Assembly: GCA_963666205.1 (NCBI GenBank)
Contig: OY762654.1
Span: forward strand, 383,899-447,898
Reading direction: 5' to 3'
DNA from: Synergistales bacterium
GTDB lineage: Bacteria > Synergistota > Synergistia > Synergistales > JAFGMB01
Length of the DNA stretch: 64,000 nt
The notes below the pieces were generated by a model. The model saw only the letters and a list, made by a program, of their open reading frames with translations. It had not been told where the DNA came from and made no database searches. The first letter of the stretch is position 1; every line of letters starts with the position of its first letter. The position numbers and the translations under genes were made by a program. Positions 32,949 to 44,421 of this stretch are shown here, piece by piece.

Positions 32949-34670
32949 CTAAAAAACAACATCTTTAAGCTCGGATGAAAGTTCTGAATACTCTTTTAAT
33001 TCCTCTCCTGACGCTTCCATTCTTATAAGTTTTCCTTTAAGTATCCTGTACCGGGATATCTTCTTTTTTTTCTCAAGGGAATCAATTATTACACTGCATA
33101 GATTTTCTGTTTCAGGAAACTGTTCAAGATAAGACCCACCCTTTGCAATAACCTGCTGGGCGAATTTCTCTCCAAGAAGTAGCCAGCGTTTTTCAAGGTC
33201 AACCGGATCCTCACCGGAGATGAGAGCTGATGTGATGGTCTGCATCCTCTCATCTTCGAACAGAGTGATAATATTGTGTGATGTTGTCGTTTTCCTTATA
33301 TCCGCATTATTCCACAAGAGAGTAAAGAGAGCAGCCTGGAGAGGTTCAATATCATTTGCAGCAGGATTATCTGTTTGTTCTTCAATCCTGTCTCTTCCCA
33401 CTTCCGAAGATTTTCTTTCATCCTGTTTTCTTAAAGAATGGAGTCGATCCTGGAGTATATGCGGAAGGATACCTAATTCACGTGAAATATGATTGAGGTA
33501 CTGCGAAACTGTTTCAAGAGGAAGTTGCGATATCTTGACCAGAAATTCATCAGTTGATCTCCGGGAACCGGCCATGCCTCCATTTCGCCCCATATAGAGA
33601 TGATAAAGGACTAAAGGTTTTGCCTTTACAATCATCTCTTCAAATAGATCCCTGCCCTGAGGGAGGGAAAGCAGGTCATCCGGATCTTTACCCTGGGGAA
33701 TCTGGACAATTAAGACATCAAGTCCCAGTTTCTGAAGAATGTACATACCTCGAAGAGTGGCTTCCTGTCCAGCTGCATCAGAGTCATAACATATATAACA
33801 TTTATCGGCAAGCCTCTTAAGCAGAGATGCCTGTTCTTCGGTAAGAGAAGTACCAAGGGTCGCGACTGTTTCCGGATAACCGGAAACATGAAGTCTTATG
33901 GCATCCATGTATCCCTCTACCAGGATTGCTCTACCTTTTTCACGGATAGATCGTTTTGCCTTGTTCAAAAGATATAGATTCTGCCTCTTGCTATAGAGAC
34001 TACCTTCAGGGCTATTAATATATTTTGCTCCATCACCATCAACAAGTCTTCCACCAAAAGCGATCAACTTGCCCACAATATCCCTGATAGGGAAGATCAG
34101 TCTACCTCTGAACCTATCGTATGGTCCGTGCTTGCCATCAAGGACAAGACCACATTCAACAGCATCCTTAAAGGATATCTGATGATCTTTCAGCCAGGTC
34201 CATAATGAATCCCAGCTTGCTGAGGCCCATCCGATTTCAAAAGCCGAGGTGAGGTCCATCGAAACCGACCTTTTCTGCAAATATTTACGGGCAATTTCTC
34301 CTCTATCAGAATGGAGGGAATTTTGATAGAACTGACAGGCAAGTTCCATAACATCGTAAAGATTTTTACCTCTGGCTTCTGTTCTTTTCTCAGCGATATC
34401 GATTCCTGCCCTTTTTCCAAGTAATTCCAGAGCCTCGCGAAAATCGATATTCTCTGCTTCCATTATAAAACTGAAAAGATCACCTCCATTTCCACATCCA
34501 AAACAATGATAGGTCTGTCTTTCCGGAGAAACATAGAATGAAGGGGTTTTTTCGCTGTGAAAGGGACAAAGTCCTCTGAAGTTCTTTCCGACTTTCCGAA
34601 GACGGACATAGTCACCGATAATTTCTACAATATCGAGTTTTTCTTTTATATCCTGGACGTGATCAATCAT
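32949..34670 (-). CDS. dnaG: DNA primase
   Basis: CPFH..CFGC zinc finger, DRFRGRLIFPI, KYINSPE, TOPRIM VEGYMD / YDSDAAG / KDPD. Confidence 0.97.
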   Translation of the reverse strand: MIDHVQDIKEKLDIVEIIGDYVRLRKVGKNFRGLCPFHSEKTPSFYVSPERQTYHCFGCGNGGDLFSFIMEAENIDFREALELLGKRAGIDIAEKRTEARGKNLYDVMELACQFYQNSLHSDRGEIARKYLQKRSVSMDLTSAFEIGWASASWDSLWTWLKDHQISFKDAVECGLVLDGKHGPYDRFRGRLIFPIRDIVGKLIAFGGRLVDGDGAKYINSPEGSLYSKRQNLYLLNKAKRSIREKGRAILVEGYMDAIRLHVSGYPETVATLGTSLTEEQASLLKRLADKCYICYDSDAAGQEATLRGMYILQKLGLDVLIVQIPQGKDPDDLLSLPQGRDLFEEMIVKAKPLVLYHLYMGRNGGMAGSRRSTDEFLVKISQLPLETVSQYLNHISRELGILPHILQDRLHSLRKQDERKSSEVGRDRIEEQTDNPAANDIEPLQAALFTLLWNNADIRKTTTSHNIITLFEDERMQTITSALISGEDPVDLEKRWLLLGEKFAQQVIAKGGSYLEQFPETENLCSVIIDSLEKKKKISRYRILKGKLIRMEASGEELKEYSELSSELKDVVF

Positions 34671-34696
34671 TACCAGGTACACCTCCGAACAGAATA

Positions 34697-34723
34697 GGGG
34701 GAAGAGTATATACTCTCCCCCCC
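34697..34723 (-). terminator. Possible terminator/hairpin after hppA
   Basis: GGGGG(A)AGAGTAT/ATACTCT-CCCCC inverted repeat with a weak U-tract. Confidence 0.5.
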
Positions 34724-34786
34724 TTTAATCTTAGCATTTATGCTAACGAGTCAACTCAGACGTTCAGAAGTAGAATCCTGAAAAGA

Positions 34787-36748
34787 TCAGATAAACAGGG
34801 GAGCAAGAACCACTGCAACTACAGACATCAATTTGATCAGGATGTTAAGACTTGGACCTGAAGTATCCTTGAAGGGGTCTCCTACTGTATCTCCTACAAC
34901 TGCTGCAGCATGATTTTCAGTTCCCTTACCCCCATAATGACCTTCCTCTATGTATTTTTTTGCATTATCCCACGCACCACCAGCGTTAGACATAAATATT
35001 GCCATCATAACACCAGTGACTATCGAACCGCCAAGAAGTCCTCCAAGAGCTTCAGGACCCAAAATAAATCCTACAGCAACTGGAGTCACTACAGCGAGGA
35101 GACCCGGAACGACCATTTCCTTAAGAGCCGAAGATGTAGAGATCTCAATGCATTTTTCATATTCAGGACGAGCTTTCCCTTCCATTATCCCTGGAATATC
35201 CCTGAACTGTCTTCTAACTTCATCGATCATTGACTGTGCAGCGCGCCCTACAGCTTGTATGGTAAGTGCACTGAACAGGAAGGGAAGCATGCCTCCCAGG
35301 AAAAGACCAACCATGACTTTGGGGTCTTTAAGGTCGATGGAATCCAGCTGGACGGCATGTGCATATGCAGCAAACAGAGCAAGGGCAGTGAGAGCGGCAG
35401 AACCGATGGCAAGTCCCTTGCCCATAGCAGCAGTAGTATTACCTACAGCATCAAGCTTATCAGTAATCTTTCTTACTTCAGGTGGAAGATGGCTCATTTC
35501 TGCTATTCCACCTGCGTTATCAGCTATGGGACCGTAGGCATCAACGCTGAGGCTCATTCCTGTAATTGAAAGCATTCCTACAGCAGCGCATGCAATTCCG
35601 TATAGGCCTCCAAACCGATAGCCTACAAGTGTGGCGATACAGATGAGAATAACGGGAATAACGGTAGACTTCATACCCACTGCTATGCCGGAAAGGATAG
35701 TAGTTGCATATCCAGTCTGAGTAGAAGCCGCTATCTGCTGTACAGATTTGAAATCGGAAGAAGTGTATACCTCAGTCACAAAACCGATCAGAACTCCTAC
35801 TGCTACTCCAGAAAGGACAGACCAGAAAAGAGTTATTTCTCCGAACATCCCCTTGGTTATAAAGAAGGCTCCAACCATCATAAGCCCACCCGTGACAAAA
35901 GTTCCGATCCTCAGGGCTACCTGGGCATTACCGCCTTCTTTTACCTTGACAAAGAAAGTTCCAATTATCGCAGCTACAATACCTACAGAAGCAAGCATGA
36001 GAGGGTAGGCCACACCCCGACCGCCGAATATTGCAAGTCCTATAGCCATAGCAGCTATTATAGAGTTGACATAAGATTCGAAAAGGTCTGCACCCATTCC
36101 AGCAATATCCCCAACATTATCCCCAACATTATCAGCAATGGTAGCCGGGTTACGGGGATCATCTTCGGGAATCCCTGCCTCAACTTTGCCGACAAGGTCA
36201 GCTCCGACATCTGCAGCTTTCGTATAAATACCGCCACCTACACGTGCAAAAAGGGCAATTGAGCTTGCACCAAAACCGAATCCTGTAATAACGTTAGGAT
36301 CTTTAAAGAAAACATAACAGAGTAATATGCCCAGGACGCCAAGGCCGACTACGGACATTCCCATGACACTCCCACCACCAAAAGCAACGGTGAGAGCCTC
36401 ATTTACACCTTTCGTCGCAGCAAAGGCTGTTTTTCCATTTGCTCTGGTTGCGACCTTCATTCCATAGAAACCAGCCAGACCACTGCAAAGAGCTCCAAGA
36501 ACAAAGCATACTGCCGTTGCAAAACCTATCTTGATTCCTAAAAGAGTGGCTACAAGAATGACAAACGGTGCCAGCCATTTATACTCCCTTGATAGAAAAG
36601 CCATTGCGCCCTTATGGATGATCTCGGAAAGTTCATTAACTCTTTCATTTTCAACCACAAAAGCATTGATCTTGTTGAACGAAGTCCCGGCAAAAACCAG
36701 AGCAATGACACCTGCTCCTCCGACTACAAATAACGTTAGAAGACCCAT
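34787..36748 (-). CDS. hppA: K+-dependent membrane pyrophosphatase, probably Na+-translocating
   Basis: [32 protein letters not shown] (Ala = K+-dependent), DLFESY. Confidence 0.95.
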   Translation of the reverse strand: MGLLTLFVVGGAGVIALVFAGTSFNKINAFVVENERVNELSEIIHKGAMAFLSREYKWLAPFVILVATLLGIKIGFATAVCFVLGALCSGLAGFYGMKVATRANGKTAFAATKGVNEALTVAFGGGSVMGMSVVGLGVLGILLCYVFFKDPNVITGFGFGASSIALFARVGGGIYTKAADVGADLVGKVEAGIPEDDPRNPATIADNVGDNVGDIAGMGADLFESYVNSIIAAMAIGLAIFGGRGVAYPLMLASVGIVAAIIGTFFVKVKEGGNAQVALRIGTFVTGGLMMVGAFFITKGMFGEITLFWSVLSGVAVGVLIGFVTEVYTSSDFKSVQQIAASTQTGYATTILSGIAVGMKSTVIPVILICIATLVGYRFGGLYGIACAAVGMLSITGMSLSVDAYGPIADNAGGIAEMSHLPPEVRKITDKLDAVGNTTAAMGKGLAIGSAALTALALFAAYAHAVQLDSIDLKDPKVMVGLFLGGMLPFLFSALTIQAVGRAAQSMIDEVRRQFRDIPGIMEGKARPEYEKCIEISTSSALKEMVVPGLLAVVTPVAVGFILGPEALGGLLGGSIVTGVMMAIFMSNAGGAWDNAKKYIEEGHYGGKGTENHAAAVVGDTVGDPFKDTSGPSLNILIKLMSVVAVVLAPLFI

Positions 36749-36834
36749 AAAAAGTACCTCCCTTTAATCTAGAACAATACATAAAAACATCAATAGCTCG
36801 CCATAATGGCGAGCAAGCTGACAAAGCGGAAATA

Positions 36835-36863
36835 ATTATAGACAGCAAAAGAAATAAATACAA
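36835..36863 (-). promoter_or_regulatory. Sigma70-type promoter for hppA
   Basis: TTGTAT-17 bp-TATAAT on minus strand. Confidence 0.7.
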
Positions 36864-36934
36864 GTTTTTTTACCACTAAAAATCAGTTTCCTGTCATTTC
36901 CGAAAAGGAAAGTTCAAGATAAGCTGAGAAAGAT

Positions 36935-37570
36935 CTAGTGATTTTTTTTACTTTTGATAAAGAGAGCAATACCAGAATCAAAGGAAGAAACTCCATGAAG
37001 GGCACTTAACATGCCTCTCAGTCCTCTTGCCAGAAAGTCCGATACAAATTCTTTTACTGGAATTCGTTTATTTCCGATATAGAGTTCGATCCTGTTTCCT
37101 TCAGACCTCTTCCAGAATCTATATATGTAAGAAGCGACCGCATCTTCCTCTCCCGGCTGAAAGGTAAGAAAATTTTCATCGGGGCTGGAACAATAGCAAG
37201 CAAGGACTCCGGGTGTATCGGGAGGAATATCAGAAGGTGAACCTACCCATATTTTCGGACATCCCATATTCTTACCCCCCTCCATGATCACGACATCTTT
37301 ACCCTTAAAAGCTAGAGAGAGTGCTGTTTTTCTGTCAAGATCTTTTTCTCCAAATTCCATAACGAGACCATCAGATCCCCATAGTCCTGTAGAAAGACAT
37401 AAATCTGATCTTTTCCCAGTATCAGTATTGTCTGGAGATAACACTTTTTCATGGGTATGTTTCAGATAGGCTACCTCCAGCCCCTTTTCTTTAAGGAGGG
37501 AAAGTATCTTCCAGCACAGAGTAGTTTTCCCGGAATTCTTGAAACCCGCAATAGAAAAAAGCAATGGCAT
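36935..37570 (-). CDS. mobB: Molybdopterin-guanine dinucleotide biosynthesis protein MobB-like
   Basis: Walker A GFKNSGKTT, LKHTH, DTGK, IMEGGK; start at ATG 37570 behind GGAGG. Confidence 0.75.
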   Translation of the reverse strand: MPLLFSIAGFKNSGKTTLCWKILSLLKEKGLEVAYLKHTHEKVLSPDNTDTGKRSDLCLSTGLWGSDGLVMEFGEKDLDRKTALSLAFKGKDVVIMEGGKNMGCPKIWVGSPSDIPPDTPGVLACYCSSPDENFLTFQPGEEDAVASYIYRFWKRSEGNRIELYIGNKRIPVKEFVSDFLARGLRGMLSALHGVSSFDSGIALFIKSKKNH

Positions 37571-37615
37571 ACCTGTTCCTCCTGAAGGGAAGTATATGTT
37601 GGACACACTGCAAGA

Positions 37616-38710
37616 TCATTCACTTCTAAAACGCATTTTCCACTCTTTTCGATAAGTATCCAGCATAAATACAAAAAGAGAAATTACAAGAGGTCCAAGA
37701 AAGATCCCTATAAACCCCCAGGTAGTTAATCCCCCAAATACTCCGATAAATATTATCAGAATATGGATCTTACTACCTTCGGAGATAAAAAGAGGCCTTA
37801 GAAAATTATCGATGAGACTAACAACGAGAAGTCCCCATATGAACAGGACCAGTGCATTTTTCCATTGCCCCAGATATAGTAGATAAAGTGCTCCTGGAAT
37901 CCAGACAAGAGGAGTACCTATTATGGGGAACATGGCCAGGATAGCCATAAGGGCTCCGAATAAAAGAGGGGTTGGCAACCCGACATACCACCACCCAAAA
38001 CCCCCGAGGATACCCTGAATTATTGCAGTGAGGGTTATTCCATACAGGACTCCCTGCAAAATCCTTTTTGCCTGACCGAAAAAAGCTTCCTTGTCCTGGC
38101 GCAACAACGGTGTTATATCCCTGACATAACCAAGTATCAGGTGCCCATCTCTTATCATGAAGAACGAAGCTACTGCTATGACTATTAGTTGTAACACTAT
38201 CCTGATGGCATTACCCAGAAATCCCCTTGATACCGCAGCTATGGAAGAAGCTGCCCATCTCCCCGTCTGACCGAAGATCGTTCCCAGAAATTCAAATTCC
38301 TTGAAAAGCGGACTAAACCTCTCTGCAAGGGCAGGAGGCAGGATCATCGTAAGTGGATGTACAGTAGTGCCATCTATTCCTTTAAGAAAATCAGCAATAT
38401 TCCCGTAGAGGCGGATACCCTCTCTAGCCATTACAAAACCAACCATTACGGTTGGAAGAACGATTATGAGTATGACAAAGGCAGTCATAAGAACTGCAGT
38501 AAGATTAGGCCATTTTCCCTTAAATACGTGATGATGAAGTGCCTGGTAAAGGGGATAGACCAGGAAGGAAAGAAGAGCCGACCATGCAAGGGGCCTTAAA
38601 AGGCTAAAACTGATAAGATAAGAAAGGCCTGCCAGAAAAAACAGCACAAGAATAAAGGGTAAAAACCAACCTCTTACTTTTCTGAACGTCAACCCGTACT
38701 CTGAGTCCAC
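37616..38710 (-). CDS. AI-2E family transporter
   Basis: Multi-TM; AIIQG, P.IGT.LVWIP, IDNFLRP, GVFGG...G.IG.FLGP. Confidence 0.9.
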   Translation of the reverse strand: MDSEYGLTFRKVRGWFLPFILVLFFLAGLSYLISFSLLRPLAWSALLSFLVYPLYQALHHHVFKGKWPNLTAVLMTAFVILIIVLPTVMVGFVMAREGIRLYGNIADFLKGIDGTTVHPLTMILPPALAERFSPLFKEFEFLGTIFGQTGRWAASSIAAVSRGFLGNAIRIVLQLIVIAVASFFMIRDGHLILGYVRDITPLLRQDKEAFFGQAKRILQGVLYGITLTAIIQGILGGFGWWYVGLPTPLLFGALMAILAMFPIIGTPLVWIPGALYLLYLGQWKNALVLFIWGLLVVSLIDNFLRPLFISEGSKIHILIIFIGVFGGLTTWGFIGIFLGPLVISLFVFMLDTYRKEWKMRFRSE

Positions 38711-38844
38711 CTTATTCCCCCCTTGTTACAACAAGCTTGGATCATTCATATTCAGTCTAAAAGATCTGGTCTCCAGGCAAACAACCTCAGCCAACCCATA
38801 TTTCAGTATATATCATTTTGTTATTTTTCTCACAGCATGTCCTC

Positions 38845-38869
38845 AAAAAAGGGTGCCTTCAAGGCACCC
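38845..38869 (-). terminator. Intrinsic terminator after guaA
   Basis: GGGTGCCTT-G-AAGGCACCC-T6 on minus strand. Confidence 0.8.
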
Positions 38870-38886
38870 CAGGAAGTACACGGTTG

Positions 38887-40419
38887 TTATTCCCATTCTA
38901 TAGTAGATGGCGGCTTGCTTGTAACATCCATCACAACACGGTTAATGCCTCTGACTTCGTTACAGATCCGTCTTGATACCTTATCTATGAGATCATAGGG
39001 TAACCTGACCCAGTCTGCAGTCATTCCATCCTGGGATTCAACAGCCCTGAGTGCAACAACCTCGGAATAGGTTCTGGCGTCTCCCATTACCCCTACGGTT
39101 CTTACTGGAAGAAGGACGCAGAAAGCCTGCCACATCTTATCATAGAGTCCAGCTCTAAAGATTTCTTCTGTAAAAATCGAATCAGCAGCACGTAAAGTAT
39201 CAAGTCTTTCCGTCACTAGTTCACCAAGACACCTTACAGCAAGTCCGGGACCTGGAAATGGATGACGATCAATAATTTCCAAAGGCACATTGAGTAAACG
39301 GCCAATTTCTCTTACCTCATCCTTGAAGAGATCACGGAGGGGTTCCAGAACTTCAAGATCCATGTCTTCCGGCAATCCCCCTACATTATGGTGACTCTTT
39401 ATGACAGCTGCGCCTTTTCCTTTATGTCCGCTCTCGATAACATCTGGATAGAGAGTACCCTGAAGGAGCCATTTTGCCCCCTGGATCTTCTCTGCCTCTT
39501 TCTCGAAAACCCTGACAAACGTCTCTCCGATGATCTTTCTTTTTGATTCAGGATCGGTAACCCCTTTAAGAGATCTCATGAAGATTTCTGAAGCATCTAC
39601 ATAATGAACTTTAAGGTTGAGTTTTTTATAGCGTTCCAGTACACCTTCAGATTCCCCTTCACGAAGAAGGCCGTTGTTCACAAAAATACACTCGAGTCTT
39701 TCGCCTACAGCCTTTTGAGTGAGAACAGCAGCAACAGTGGAGTCTACTCCTCCTGAGAGGCCACATATCACATAATCATCCTTTACCTGGTCCTGGATAA
39801 GAACCACCATTTTCTGGATCCAGTCACCAAGGTTCCAATCCCCCTGGCATCTACATATCTTAAACAGGAAGTTGGCCAGTATATCCATTCCATGTTGAGT
39901 ATGGACAACCTCCGGATGAAATTGCAGACCTGAGAAAAAACCGTCTTCAGTAGCCATGGCTGCTGGAACACCATCAAGGGTGCTGGCCAGAAGATGCATG
40001 TCGGGAGGAATCTGATCAATGTGATCTCCATGACTCATCCACACCTCAAAAGAAGGATTTATCCCTGAAAAGATAGGGGCATTGGAATCAATAATGGAAA
40101 TACCTGTTCTTCCATATTCTCTTTTACAGCCACTTCCAACAACACCGCCCAGAAGTTTCGTCATCAACTGCATTCCATAGCAAAGTCCAAGTATGGGGAT
40201 CCCCATTTCAAAAAGCTTATTTGACACAGAGGGTGCCCCCTCTTCCATGACACTCTGAGGACCTCCTGAGATCACAATACCCTTTGGTTTTTTATCTTTA
40301 ATGGTTTCGATAGCCACATCCCACGGCAGAATCTCACTATGGACCTTAAGTTCCCGAACTCTTCTTGCGATAAGCTGCGTATATTGAGAACCGCAGTCAA
40401 GAATTAAAATATTATCCAT
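38887..40419 (-). CDS. guaA: GMP synthase (glutamine-hydrolysing)
   Basis: GSQYTQLIARR, GLCYGMQ, QFHPE, SGGVDS, KPPSTIEWE; start at ATG 40419 behind GGAGG. Confidence 0.98.
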   Translation of the reverse strand: MDNILILDCGSQYTQLIARRVRELKVHSEILPWDVAIETIKDKKPKGIVISGGPQSVMEEGAPSVSNKLFEMGIPILGLCYGMQLMTKLLGGVVGSGCKREYGRTGISIIDSNAPIFSGINPSFEVWMSHGDHIDQIPPDMHLLASTLDGVPAAMATEDGFFSGLQFHPEVVHTQHGMDILANFLFKICRCQGDWNLGDWIQKMVVLIQDQVKDDYVICGLSGGVDSTVAAVLTQKAVGERLECIFVNNGLLREGESEGVLERYKKLNLKVHYVDASEIFMRSLKGVTDPESKRKIIGETFVRVFEKEAEKIQGAKWLLQGTLYPDVIESGHKGKGAAVIKSHHNVGGLPEDMDLEVLEPLRDLFKDEVREIGRLLNVPLEIIDRHPFPGPGLAVRCLGELVTERLDTLRAADSIFTEEIFRAGLYDKMWQAFCVLLPVRTVGVMGDARTYSEVVALRAVESQDGMTADWVRLPYDLIDKVSRRICNEVRGINRVVMDVTSKPPSTIEWE

Positions 40420-40510
40420 TCCGGCATTCCTCCGAACAAGATTAAATAACACAATTCGTCAAGTATATCAGACTGGAGGTGATGATTGTAGTTCCATGCA
40501 TTTGTTATAT

Positions 40511-40546
40511 AAAAAGGAGCCTTCAACCTGATGGCGAAGGCTCCTT
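40511..40546 (-). terminator. Intrinsic terminator after groEL
   Basis: AAGGAGCCTTC-loop-GAAGGCTCCTT followed by T-tract. Confidence 0.85.
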
Positions 40547-40591
40547 GGGATACTGAAAGGGATCGTTGAATCAGAAATCCCTGGTTTTAAC

Positions 40592-42256
<1,665 letters not shown>

Positions 42257-42286
42257 TTATACTATTCTTTCAGTTTTGCGGTTAAA

Positions 42287-42577
42287 TTATTTCTCTATTA
42301 TGGCAAGGACATCTCGCTCGCTGAAAATAACGAGTTCCTCACCATCGATCTTTACTTCTGTCCCAGCATATTTACTGAATATTATCCTGTCTCCTATCTT
42401 TACTTCCAGAGGCAGTTTCTGACCATTCTCCAATACCTTGCCGCTACCTACTGCAAGAACTTCTCCCTCCTGTGGCTTTTCTTTTGCTGTGTCCGGGAGA
42501 ACAATACCACCCTTAGTCTTTCCCTCCTGGCTAACAACTTTAACTACTATACGATCACCTAGAGGTTTCAAATTCAT
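42287..42577 (-). CDS. groS: Co-chaperonin GroES
   Basis: [29 protein letters not shown]. Confidence 0.99.
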   Translation of the reverse strand: MNLKPLGDRIVVKVVSQEGKTKGGIVLPDTAKEKPQEGEVLAVGSGKVLENGQKLPLEVKIGDRIIFSKYAGTEVKIDGEELVIFSERDVLAIIEK

Positions 42578-42621
42578 CTAAACATCCCTCCTGTTAAATA
42601 TATAAACACCTGGTTTATTTG

Positions 42622-42648
42622 TTAGCACTCATTGAGGTCGAGTGCTAA
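42622..42648. promoter_or_regulatory. CIRCE element (HrcA operator)
   Basis: Perfect TTAGCACTC-N9-GAGTGCTAA upstream of groES. Confidence 0.97.
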
Positions 42649-42660
42649 GGACCGCAATTG

Positions 42661-42689
42661 ATATTAATTCCATCCAGTCCATATCTCAA
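42661..42689 (-). promoter_or_regulatory. Sigma70-type promoter of groESL
   Basis: TTGAGA-17 bp-TAATAT just upstream of CIRCE. Confidence 0.7.
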
Positions 42690-42767
42690 GGCTGATTAGA
42701 GCCGACTAGGCCCTAATATATCCCATTCTTAGCTATTAGCTCTGTTTTACCCTTATAATGACATATA

Positions 42768-43787
42768 TCATCTTGATGTGAGCCGCCAGGAAGGATCAGG
42801 AGACAGGTAAAGATCGGATACAACTCCTCTGTGATAAGCATTATAACCGGCCGCAGCTATCATAACTCCATTATCAGTACAATATGACATGGGTGGTATG
42901 AATACATCCCATCCTTTTCTGTTTCGAAGATTCTGTCTCAACTCGCTGTTTGCTGCTACCCCTCCAGAGAGGGCTACCTTGTTTATACCTGTTAGATCTA
43001 CTGCAATTTCAAGTTTGGATATAAGCGCATCTACAGCAGCTTTCTGGAAGGAAGCGCAAATATCGTACAGGGGTACTTCCATCCCTCTTTCAACCATATC
43101 TTTTACCTGCCAGATAACAGCAGTTTTCAATCCACTGTAGCTGAAGATTATTTCCTTATGATTCTTCATCGGTACGGGAAAAGAAAATGAATCAGGATCT
43201 CCATCCTTAGACATCCTGTCTATAACAGGCCCTCCAGGATATCCGAGTCCAAGAAGCTTGGCGACCTTGTCATATGCTTCACCGGCAGCATCGTCACGGG
43301 TTTCCCCAAGCAGTATATAGTCACCGTATGAACGTACCATATTGATCTCGGTATGTCCTCCGGAAACAATAAGACAAAGAAAGGGCGGTTCGAGCTGGGG
43401 TGATCTTATAAGGTTGGCAAAGATGTGCCCTTCCAGATGATTGACACCAATGACAGGTAATTCCCAGGCCTGTGCAAGTGCCTTTGCTGCCATAACTCCG
43501 ACAAGAAGAGATCCCATGAGTCCTGGACCAGCAGTCACAGCAATAAGATCAAGTTCTCTTGCCGGGTTGTTTACACCTGCTTGTTTCAGGGCAGCTTTAA
43601 CAAGAGGAAGTATTGCCTCAAGGTGCTTTCTTGAGGCAAACTCAGGGACTACTCCCCCAAAGGGTGCATGGTCCTTGATCTGGCTTGAAAGGAGATCGGC
43701 AAGAACTTCTCTTTGCCCCTGCAGAACAGCAACACCGGTGTCATCGCAACTGGTTTCTATTCCGAGTGTTATAAATTTCTTATTCAT
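42768..43787 (-). CDS. tsaD: tRNA N6-threonylcarbamoyltransferase TsaD
   Basis: LGIETSCDDT, GGVVPE, NHLEGH, VSGGHT, DDAAGEAYDK, TDNGVMIA. Confidence 0.97.
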   Translation of the reverse strand: MNKKFITLGIETSCDDTGVAVLQGQREVLADLLSSQIKDHAPFGGVVPEFASRKHLEAILPLVKAALKQAGVNNPARELDLIAVTAGPGLMGSLLVGVMAAKALAQAWELPVIGVNHLEGHIFANLIRSPQLEPPFLCLIVSGGHTEINMVRSYGDYILLGETRDDAAGEAYDKVAKLLGLGYPGGPVIDRMSKDGDPDSFSFPVPMKNHKEIIFSYSGLKTAVIWQVKDMVERGMEVPLYDICASFQKAAVDALISKLEIAVDLTGINKVALSGGVAANSELRQNLRNRKGWDVFIPPMSYCTDNGVMIAAAGYNAYHRGVVSDLYLSPDPSWRLTSR

Positions 43788-43806
43788 TCAAGATATACCT
43801 GCCTTT

Positions 43807-44421
43807 TTATCTTGGGACTTTCCAGGCCCGGGAAAATTCACCACATGAGAGGAGTAGTTCATGGCCTTTTTCAAGGATATCAAGAGGCACCATTATTGCA
43901 AAAGAACCAATTGCATCGGAGGGTATTTCCCCTTCCAGGCGAAAAGCTTTTCTTGTAATAACATCCTCTTGCTGAAGTGTATAGTCTGCAACAGACAGCA
44001 TCTCAGGGTTGAAATTCCAGGACCTGAAGGTCTTGAAACGGACTATAAAGATTCCTTTTTTCTTCTTTAACGCTTTGTCATAGTGCTGAGAGTTCCAGGA
44101 GAACCATTGGGGAACATCAGGATCTCCTCTTCCCTTGTCGATTATTTTTTTATCAAGATAAACAAAGATCAATTGGGCTCGAGAACCTATTACCATTTCT
44201 CCGAGGGGCTGTCCCTCAATCCATATACTAACAGATCTTTCATCAAGAAGCTCCTGAAAAGATAACGCTTCAACCTGAGTCAAAAGGGGAGAAAAGGAGA
44301 ACACCCCCAATAAAATCAGCACCAGTAGAAAAATATATTTATACTTTTCTCGAAAAACTCCAGGATTCCGTTTTCTTTCGGCATAACCGTTGTCACTTAT
44401 TTTATTCTGGTTTTTCGTCAT
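43807..44421 (-). CDS. Hypothetical exported/membrane-anchored protein
   Basis: 204 aa ORF with one N-terminal hydrophobic segment and AxA-like site (VEA); overlaps the murJ stop. Confidence 0.7.
   Translation of the reverse strand: MTKNQNKISDNGYAERKRNPGVFREKYKYIFLLVLILLGVFSFSPLLTQVEALSFQELLDERSVSIWIEGQPLGEMVIGSRAQLIFVYLDKKIIDKGRGDPDVPQWFSWNSQHYDKALKKKKGIFIVRFKTFRSWNFNPEMLSVADYTLQQEDVITRKAFRLEGEIPSDAIGSFAIMVPLDILEKGHELLLSCGEFSRAWKVPR

Noticed and set aside
40420..40510. Purine riboswitch upstream of guaA (also checked for SAM/T-box leaders at metG and speD)
   Set aside because: Leaders are short and lack the consensus motifs
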